Source of the DNA: Enhygromyxa sp.
GTDB taxonomy: Bacteria > Myxococcota_A > Polyangia > Nannocystales > Nannocystaceae
Direction of reading: 5' to 3'
Assembly: GCA_035538075.1 (NCBI GenBank)
Contig: DATLLB010000360.1
Location: forward strand, 1 to 28,495
Length of the DNA: 28,495 nt
The translations under genes and the position numbers were made by a program. How positions within the stretch are numbered: the stretch's first letter is position 1; the number at the start of each line of letters is the position of its first letter. The notes under the pieces are model-generated. The model ran no database searches. It was not told where the DNA came from and worked only from the letters and a program-made list of their open reading frames with translations. Below, piece after piece: positions 16,901 to 22,427 of the stretch.

Positions 16901-19900
16901 CTCGGCCAGCAGCTCCGCCCGGCGTCCGGTGTCGTCGAGGATCTCGGTCAGCACCGAGAGCGCGTCGATCAGCCCCTCGCGTGCGGTCGCAGCCTCGCCC
17001 GAGTCGCCCTGCTGCGGCCCAAGGCGCAGGGCGACCAGCGCCTCGGCGGTCTCGCGATCGTTGCGGTTGCGCTCGATCAACCGGCGGTACTGCAGGATCG
17101 AACCGGCCTCGTCGCCGAGCCGCTCGCGCAGGATCGTCGCGGCCTCCTTGCGCAGCGCGGTCGACTCGATCGGATCGAGCGTCCCCTCGGCGCGGGCCGG
17201 CAGCACGGCCGCGAGGATGTCCCAGCGCTCGAGCTCCCTCGCCCAGCGCTCGCTGGCCCGCAGCGCGCGGTCGTTGTGCGGATCTTCGGCGCGCACGTGC
17301 TCGGCGGCCTCGAGCGCGCCGTCGAACTCACCCAGCTCGCCGAGGATCTGCGCGGCCTCGATCAAGGCCTCGTGACGGACCGGCCCGCTCTCGAGCTCGG
17401 CGATCGTCAAGAGCCCGGTCGCGAGCTCGGCCTGACGATCGGCCTTGCGGTAGGCCGCCACCGCGGCGCGCTGCAGCTCGAGGTTCTCGGGCTCGAGGTC
17501 GAGCGCGTCTTCATAGGTCGCGATCGCAGCGTCGAGATCCCCGATCTGCTCGAGATAGATCTTCGCCGCGCGCCCGAGGATGCGCAGCTGATCGGCCGGC
17601 TTCGGCACGCGCTTGCCGACCGCCCGCAGGCGCGCGGCGACGGGCGCCCAGCGCCCGGTGACCTCGCCGAGCCGCAAGAGCTCGTCGACCAGCGGCACCT
17701 GAGCGTTGACCGAGATCGCGTCGATCAGCTCGAGCAGCGCGTCGAGGGCGTTGCCGGGCGCGCCGAGCCGGCGCTCGGCGATCTCGGCCAGCTCGCGCAA
17801 CAAGATGATCTTCTCGCTCTCGGCCTGGCTCAGCCGCGCGCGCACGCTCAGCACGTCGGCCACCCGATCCCAGCGCTCGGCCGCGCGAGACTCTCGCTCG
17901 ATCCGGCTGATCGCCTCGCGGGCGGGCAGGTGCGCGGGCTTCTGCTCGAGGATCCACGTCCACGCCTCGAGGTCGTCGGGATCGTCGGGCTCGGCCAGCT
18001 TGATCGGCCCCGACTTGCCGCTCTCGGACTTGGCCAGCACCTGATCGGCGCGGTGCGGGGTGGTGAGGATCGTCGCGATCTCGGTGCGCAGCTGCTTGGG
18101 ATCGGGCCGCTTCGACGGATCGGGGTGCATGGCCAGGGCCAGCAGCGCGTCGATGCGGCGATCGATCCCGGCGACGATCGACGACGGCGTCGGCATCGAG
18201 CCGAGCGCGAGCTGGCCGGTGATGCAGCGATACAGCATGGCCGCGAGCGCATAGCTGTCGCTGGCCGGGCTCGGGGCCACGCCCGCGAGCAGCTCGGGCG
18301 CGCCGAAGCCATGGTTCTCGCGCACGATCGCCGGCCGCGCCCACGAGACCAGCGGCGAGAACCCAAAGCCGCGCAGCTTGGCGCCCTCCTGGGTGATCAG
18401 CACGTGACGCGGATGCAGGTTGCGGTGCACGAGCTGCTTGGCGTGCGCGAGCGCGACGACCTCCATCAGCGGCCCGATCAGCTCGAACGCTCGGTCGACG
18501 CTCAGCGGCTCCTGGGTCTCGGCCAGCAGCCGCGAGAGCGGCACGCCGGCGTCGGGCTGCATGATCACGCCGAACACTCGGCCCTCGGCCACGCTCCCGC
18601 GCACGCGCACGAGCCCGGGGTGATCGAGCTCGGCCAGGCTCTGCACCTCGCGAGCGAAGCGCTCGCGCTCGGCCGGGCTGACCGGGCGGCCGAGCGTGCC
18701 GACCTCGATCGCGACCAACGCGTTGTCGGCCGCGCGGTCGTGGCACTCCAGCCAGATCCGCGAGCCCACGCGACCACGCACGGTCACCAGGGCGAAGCGC
18801 GGCGAGACCAGGGCGAGGTTGCGATCCTGCTCGGCCGCCACCTCCAGACCGGTGCGCGCGCCCTCTTCATCGCCCTCGGCCAGGGCCAGCAGCGCGAGGT
18901 TGAAGCGCGCGAGTCGTTGATCATTCGCGTCCGCGTCCTGGGTCACGACCTGCGTGAAGGCCTTGCGTGCGCGCGCGAGCCAGCGGCTCTGGTTGCGCTC
19001 CGACACGCGCGCGTGGGTCAGCCACACGCAGCCGAACCGCAAGAGATCCCGGGAAGCGAGCGACTCGAGCCCGCCCGGCAGCGCGTCGGCCAGCCGATCG
19101 ATCTCGTGGGCGTCGACGCCAAACGCCGCGTCCACGCTCAGATCTGCGCGCGGCGGGACTGCCCGAAGGATTCGCCCGAGCTCGAGCGCAGGCAGTCGCT
19201 CGGCCGCCTGCGACGGCGCGCTGCCGGCCGCCTTCGCAGCTTCGGCCAGCTCACCGAGCAGCTCGACGAGCCCGCTGGTCGGCAGCACCTCAACGCCGAA
19301 GCGCTCGCGCAAGCCCGCGGCCACGGCCGCGCCCACGCCCGGCAGGAACAACAGCGGCGGTCGTCCGGCGCTCGGGATCTTGCGCAGGATCGTCAAGATC
19401 TGGCGCAGGTCGGGATCGCCGAGCTCGAAGCCCACGAGCACCAGCGTGCCCGTGCGGACCAGCTCCTCGACCAGCTCGCGCAGATCGTGAGCGCGGCGCA
19501 GATCGTCGCTCGGCGAGGTGTGCAGCACGAAGCTCTCGTCGCCCCGATGGGCAGCGTCGCGGACGATCGTCGGTCGCCGCTCGCCCGCCGCCTCGCGAGC
19601 GCGCGCGAGCAGATCCGGGTACGCGGTCGCCAGGCACGAGCGCCACGGGATCCGACCGAGGGCCAGCGCCGCGTCGGGCAGCGCTGCGTCTTCGGCCAGC
19701 GCTCGCGCGAGCGCGGCATCGATCGCCTCGGCGCCCTTCGTGCGACGCACCCAGTCGAGCACCGTGAGCCGCTCGCCCGCGTCGATCAGCGGCTCGAGCT
19801 CGAGCTTCGCCTCGCCCTCGCCGACCAGCTCGCGCAGCAACGTCGCCCAGCCGGGCCGCCCTGCCAGCGCCCCGATCCCCGCACCCGTCCACAATACGCA

Positions 19901-19948
19901 GTCACCAGTCGAAATCGCCGCGATTAGATCACTCGGGATTGCTTGCAT
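13895..19948 (-). CDS. giant multidomain protein: SIR2-like N-terminus / pseudokinase / long TPR array / unassigned C-terminal domain
   Basis: 2017-aa ORF. Residues ~14-190 resemble the SIR2_2 pattern (CVLWTGAGIGALAGRPGW, LATAYPDLL, FVLHTS, LVLVGFELGDPD). Residues ~384-628 form a Hanks-type kinase fold in which VAIE replaces VAIK, HRNLHPRH replaces HRDLKPxN and GFG replaces DFG, while the alphaC Glu, APE and the subdomain IX Asp are kept. Residues ~650-1640 are TPR-like repeats. Residues ~1650-2017 form a domain I cannot assign. Confidence 0.85.
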   Translation of the reverse strand: MQAIPSDLIAAISTGDCVLWTGAGIGALAGRPGWATLLRELVGEGEAKLELEPLIDAGERLTVLDWVRRTKGAEAIDAALARALAEDAALPDAALALGRIPWRSCLATAYPDLLARAREAAGERRPTIVRDAAHRGDESFVLHTSPSDDLRRAHDLRELVEELVRTGTLVLVGFELGDPDLRQILTILRKIPSAGRPPLLFLPGVGAAVAAGLRERFGVEVLPTSGLVELLGELAEAAKAAGSAPSQAAERLPALELGRILRAVPPRADLSVDAAFGVDAHEIDRLADALPGGLESLASRDLLRFGCVWLTHARVSERNQSRWLARARKAFTQVVTQDADANDQRLARFNLALLALAEGDEEGARTGLEVAAEQDRNLALVSPRFALVTVRGRVGSRIWLECHDRAADNALVAIEVGTLGRPVSPAERERFAREVQSLAELDHPGLVRVRGSVAEGRVFGVIMQPDAGVPLSRLLAETQEPLSVDRAFELIGPLMEVVALAHAKQLVHRNLHPRHVLITQEGAKLRGFGFSPLVSWARPAIVRENHGFGAPELLAGVAPSPASDSYALAAMLYRCITGQLALGSMPTPSSIVAGIDRRIDALLALAMHPDPSKRPDPKQLRTEIATILTTPHRADQVLAKSESGKSGPIKLAEPDDPDDLEAWTWILEQKPAHLPAREAISRIERESRAAERWDRVADVLSVRARLSQAESEKIILLRELAEIAERRLGAPGNALDALLELIDAISVNAQVPLVDELLRLGEVTGRWAPVAARLRAVGKRVPKPADQLRILGRAAKIYLEQIGDLDAAIATYEDALDLEPENLELQRAAVAAYRKADRQAELATGLLTIAELESGPVRHEALIEAAQILGELGEFDGALEAAEHVRAEDPHNDRALRASERWARELERWDILAAVLPARAEGTLDPIESTALRKEAATILRERLGDEAGSILQYRRLIERNRNDRETAEALVALRLGPQQGDSGEAATAREGLIDALSVLTEILDDTGRRAELLAEAAALLDREADGGERAADCRERIVASMPVDHPLALDAVAGLIRFYKRSDAHDQLAALLERRAKLDALPQSERFSLWTQLYELASGSLKDSVRERLALENLVALEPGQGRWRDLLIERLRDAGEQDRAEALLRERIADAQSPEDRASMLIAVARMRERAGELEEAEARVREALALDDASPAASAAWALLRELLEQRERPLEALEAQIRAAQTSNDPRAKVRELFAAAKTWIETLHKPERGLPLIREVVEIDPHHEAATGKLVELLVDRGELEAAWPHAERWVTQVRVSNPDARELNAHVYALAGRCALAVHDKERARELLREAKQFDPRNRDVARALADLELESQSWEAALKAYQGLAIQGQEADPRSQAEIYLRMGQARHGMGESGKALQMIDRALDIDPSYVDAARFLVTIADGPLRKVEARERLLAVLEAELRGFDESDDRRAAREQELLDMRLELASTLADELNRPADAVAQMRAVIERRPGDISLLHRALELYSKAEQWAEAVAVLDQLATLQEQGPIQAKYRYAAASLMRAHNLDMTGVIVRARLLGVLEADPLHDKAFAAVREQLEAAKDWRELSKALRARLKALPEDGEVEQRVGLLDQIAGIYERHLDDKRTAMIAYEQAIALARSLATSDDARQLERRNKVVALSVQLGDDALDKGIEQVQMLIAENPLDYDSYHRLVELYLAAKQRDAAIAVSRTLRFLKQADEAEIELAEELGENFAPPRGTIPRKLWRETILPNHPSTRLADVYGLLWPVMAAREGLTLTAAGFDRNTRETVTLQASGIARWVAYMSQVLDMPPPDLYLRKGEPGGFRVTALGDAKGVYPTLIAGDEALGKQPDAAIAFRVGRAIARAHPHLLGSALLPSTSGLRDAIYGAVGLTHPQVAIPKELIEPARGWAEAIKKMLPPARVDDLRKSVAKVIERGGADTKAWLRGCDHSSARLGFLLCDNIDVAARVILQGGPGQQVDPREQIKGLIAFSVSGPYLELRRSLKLGK

Positions 19949-20092
19949 GTCGCCGTCCGAAATGGCGCCCGCCCCCCGCGGACGTCCATCCGGCGGATCT
20001 TCGCACTGGCCTCTCCGATTCTCTACAAAAACGCACTTCGCGAGCTTCGGGACAGGCGCCCCGCTGCACAGGCATACAGTCGTGTCCGTCCG

Positions 20093-20401
20093 TCAGTCCT
20101 CGATCGCGATCACCACCCCGTAGATCGCGGCGCGTGCGACCCAGCCGTTGATGCCGCCGCGGTTGTTGCCAATCAAGAAGCGTCGCTGCGCGCCGTGGCC
20201 TTGGATGGCCTTTACCAGGTGCACGTAGACGTTTCCCTTGCAGCGGCACAGCACGGCGTCGTCGATCTCGGGCTCGCGCGCGGGATCGAGGGTCACGAGC
20301 TGACCGCTCTCGATCCGACCGCGCATCGAGCCGCCGTGCGGCCGGCACTGCGCGATCTGACCGGCGCGCAGCTTTGCAATCACCGCGTCTGCCCAGCTCA
20401 T
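20093..20401 (-). CDS. stand-alone S24 (LexA/UmuD-type) peptidase domain protein, 102 aa
   Basis: Track ORF 20093..20509 trimmed to ATG 20401 (MSWADAVIAKL...). It has a Ser-Lys dyad context: PHGGSMRGRIESGQLVTLDP ... VYVHLVKAI. There is no N-terminal HTH. Its start overlaps the upstream ORF's stop as ATGA (20398-20401). Confidence 0.65.
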   Translation of the reverse strand: MSWADAVIAKLRAGQIAQCRPHGGSMRGRIESGQLVTLDPAREPEIDDAVLCRCKGNVYVHLVKAIQGHGAQRRFLIGNNRGGINGWVARAAIYGVVIAIED

Positions 20402-20661
20402 TGCGGCCCCTCGATCCGGTAGTCGAGCATGCGCCGTTGCGCGACCTCCTTGCAGCGATCGGCGTCGGGCAGGTGCAGCTTGCCGCGCAGATGCGCCCGC
20501 AGGATGCAAAGCTCGGTCGCCTCGCGCTTGGCCGCGAGCAGCGAGCGCTGGACGGCGGCCATCGGCTCGGTCCAGGTCGTGCGCAGCAGCGCCTTCATCG
20601 ATCGGATGCGGCCCTCGAGCGCGCGGCGATCTTGCTTCAGTCGTTGGTTGTCGATGTTCAT
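20398..20661 (-). CDS. hypothetical 87-aa helical protein
   Basis: Track ORF 20398..20739 trimmed to ATG 20661 (MNIDNQRLKQDRRALEGRIRSMKALL...). It is translationally coupled to the S24 gene. I recognise no family. Confidence 0.5.
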   Translation of the reverse strand: MNIDNQRLKQDRRALEGRIRSMKALLRTTWTEPMAAVQRSLLAAKREATELCILRAHLRGKLHLPDADRCKEVAQRRMLDYRIEGPQ

Positions 20662-20701
20662 GTTTGTTTTTCTGTCTTTCTGGTTGTGAGTGTTGGGTGA
20701 A

Positions 20702-21064
20702 TCAGCGCAGCAAGCCGAGCGCGCCCGTGACCGCCGCAACGCGCTCTCGATCGCAGACCGGCGTGACGCCGATCGCCATCAAGGCCCCGTTCCACGGCGG
20801 ATCCGGCTCGCGGATCGCTCGATGCGGAATTGCCAATCGCCGCAGCTGCTGCTCGATCGCGAGGAGGTGAGCCTCGTCGCGAGCCGCCAGCGCCACGGCG
20901 ATCGTGGATGCCGGCAAGTCTCCCCCGGCGCTCTCGCCCGCAGCGTGGATCAGCTGCGCAGCGAGGACTCCACGAGGAAGATCCTGCCGAACGATGCAAT
21001 AGTGGGTGTGCGCCCGACGGGAGTCGAACCCGCTCGGCCCAGGGTGCTTACCCCCGGGCTCCAT
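20702..21064 (-). CDS. PTH2-family (archaeal/eukaryotic-type peptidyl-tRNA hydrolase 2)-like protein, short divergent form; start uncertain, could be a 5'-truncated pseudogene
   Basis: YCIVRQDLPRGVLAAQLIHAA aligns by eye with the PTH2 N-terminal strand-helix (vvVRxDLxMgxGKxaAQxxHAA). The C-terminus ...GALMAIGVTPV..RERVAAVTGALGLLR parallels ...TVLGIGPGP...IDKVTGHLKLY. The DAG(R)T motif position reads EPDPPW. The only canonical in-frame start that keeps the conserved N-terminus is ATG 21064. Confidence 0.55.
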   Translation of the reverse strand: MEPGGKHPGPSGFDSRRAHTHYCIVRQDLPRGVLAAQLIHAAGESAGGDLPASTIAVALAARDEAHLLAIEQQLRRLAIPHRAIREPDPPWNGALMAIGVTPVCDRERVAAVTGALGLLR

Positions 21065-21080
21065 CCAAATGGCCAGACGC
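21009..21080 (-). ncRNA. non-canonical tRNA-like cloverleaf (72 nt); not a normal elongator tRNA, possibly a decayed tRNA
   Basis: Minus-strand fold: acceptor GCGUCUG/CGGGCGC (7 bp, two G-U pairs); 1 nt; D stem CCAU/AUGG with only a 4-nt loop UUGG; 1 nt; 8-bp stem GCCCGGGG/CCCUGGGC with 7-nt loop GUAAGCA; 3-nt variable region; canonical T arm GCGGG-UUCGACU-CCCGU; discriminator A. Confidence 0.5.
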
Positions 21081-21099
21081 CGATATCGAGCTGCGAAGC

Positions 21100-21115
21100 C
21101 TCGGACACGTCCGAG
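21100..21115. promoter_or_regulatory. 7-2-7 palindrome CTCGGAC-AC-GTCCGAG, 20 nt upstream (minus sense) of the tRNA-like element
   Basis: Read directly from the sequence. An 8-bp palindrome CGATATCG (21081-21088) and a GC hairpin CCCCGC-N5-GCGGGG (21133-21149) lie next to it. Confidence 0.3.
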
Positions 21116-21309
21116 AATTCGTAGAAGCAACACCCCGCTCCGGGCGGGGCCACCGAGGCTGTCAAGCTCGCATGCGTCGAAAAGTAGGGGCACCAGGCGC
21201 GCGAGGCAAAGCCAAGCACTCGTGAGAAGGCGCGCGGTCTGGTGATCCGCTGCACAGACGCCTCGCTGATCGATCCTTCCTCTGCGTCCGGCTGCTACAT
21301 GGGGCGGCG

Positions 21310-22350
21310 ATGAGCAAGACCCTGTACCTCCCGCCGCGCGGCAAGACCCTGGTGACCGGCGGCAGCGGTCACTTCGGCGCCAACTTGGTGCGGCGGCTGA
21401 TCGCCGAGGGTCACGAGGTGCGAGCGCTCTATCAGCCGGGCGCCAACAACCGCGCGCTCGAAGGGCTCGAGCTCGAGCTGTTCGCCGGTGACGTCCGCGA
21501 CGCCGCGGCCATGCGCGAGGCCTGCCGCGACTGCGGGCAGGTCTTCCACGCCGCGGCCAAGGTCTCGACGCGATCGCCCTCGCCTGCGCAAGAGCGGGAG
21601 ATCTACGAGATCAACGTGCTCGGCACCCGCAACGTCGTGCAGGCCAGCCTCGCGAGTGGGGTCGATCGGTTGTGCCTGACCGGATCGTTCTCGGGCATCG
21701 GCATCGATCCCGACAACCCGTCGCGCCCGGTCCACGAGGGCATGCCGTTCTACCCGTTCATGGACTGGCTGCCTTACGCCCGCACCAAGACGCTGGCCGA
21801 GCACGAGGTGCTCAAGGGCGTGGCCGACGGGCTCGACGCGGTGATCGCCGTGTCGACCGGCATCATCGGGCCGCACGACTTCCTGCCGTCGCGCACGGGC
21901 AAGGTGCTGATCGACTTCGCCAACGGCAAGCTGCGCGGCTACATGCCTGGCGGCTCCGAGTTCGTGCGCGCGGCCGATCTGGTCGAGGGTCACCTGCTCG
22001 CGATGGCCAAGGGCAAGACCGGTCGTCGCTACCTGCTGTCGACCGAGTTCTTGACGCTCGACGATCTGCTCGATCGCTTCGCCGAGCTGTTCGGCGGCCG
22101 CAAGCCGTGGCTGCGCATGCCGGTGCCGCTGATGAAGACCGTCTCGCACGTGTACGCCGGGACCGTGCGGCGGGTGTTCCCCGACGCGCCGCAGCGGCTC
22201 ACGCCCGGGGCGATCGAGATCCTGGCGATGAACCGCCACGCCGACATCAGCCTCGCTTGCGAGGAGCTCGGCTACCGGCCGACCTCGATCCGCGAGGCCG
22301 CGCGCGAGTCCTACGAGTTCTTCCGCGGCATCGGGATGATCCCGGCCTGA
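21310..22350 (+). CDS. SDR-family NAD(P)-dependent epimerase/dehydratase (dihydroflavonol-4-reductase/HpnA-like)
   Basis: 346-aa ORF with a Rossmann motif VTGGSGHFGANLVRRL and the catalytic YARTK (YxxxK). Overall it resembles extended SDRs. Confidence 0.85.
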   Translation: MSKTLYLPPRGKTLVTGGSGHFGANLVRRLIAEGHEVRALYQPGANNRALEGLELELFAGDVRDAAAMREACRDCGQVFHAAAKVSTRSPSPAQEREIYEINVLGTRNVVQASLASGVDRLCLTGSFSGIGIDPDNPSRPVHEGMPFYPFMDWLPYARTKTLAEHEVLKGVADGLDAVIAVSTGIIGPHDFLPSRTGKVLIDFANGKLRGYMPGGSEFVRAADLVEGHLLAMAKGKTGRRYLLSTEFLTLDDLLDRFAELFGGRKPWLRMPVPLMKTVSHVYAGTVRRVFPDAPQRLTPGAIEILAMNRHADISLACEELGYRPTSIREAARESYEFFRGIGMIPA

Positions 22351-22354
22351 ACCG

Positions 22355-22418
22355 GCGTGCTCCCGAAAATCGCGAAGCGATTTTCGGGAGTGTGTTTCGG
22401 CGCATCGCCGAAAAGCAC
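22355..22418. repeat. 64-bp double-hairpin repeat, left copy (inverted relative to 24402-24465)
   Basis: GCGTGCTCCCGAAAATCGCGAAGCGATTTTCGGGAGTGTGTTTCGGCGCATCGCCGAAAAGCAC. Hairpin A is CTCCCGAAAATCGC-GAA-GCGATTTTCGGGAG (14 bp). Hairpin B is TTTCGGCG-CAT-CGCCGAAA (8 bp). The copy lies between convergent stop codons. Confidence 0.95.
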
Positions 22419-22427
22419 TGAAGTTAT

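Noticed and set aside
14240-19927. 1895-aa plus-strand ORF
   Set aside because: It is antisense to the giant gene. Its product is Arg/Ala/Gly/Leu-rich low complexity with no motifs, as expected from stop-codon depletion in high-GC DNA. The minus frame has recognisable kinase-fold and TPR features.
19379-19936. Calling the giant protein an active SIR2 NADase defence effector (DSR1/DSR2-like)
   Set aside because: The architecture is analogous, but the Asn of the TxNYD-type motif appears to be Ala. No phage- or defence-island context (integrase, restriction-modification, other defence genes) is visible. I kept it as a hypothesis to test, not as a call.
20093-20401. LexA/UmuD-like self-cleavage site (Ala13-Gly14) in the S24 protein
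   Set aside because: The A-G dipeptide is only ~11 residues from the catalytic Ser, far closer than in LexA or UmuD. The protein has no separable N-terminal domain to release.
20093-21309. Interpreting 20.1-21.3 kb as a tRNA-targeted genomic island or prophage remnant
   Set aside because: I found no integrase, recombinase or excisionase, and no direct repeat of the tRNA-like 3' end in the window. GC content of the three ORFs looks host-like. This cannot be excluded without the whole genome.
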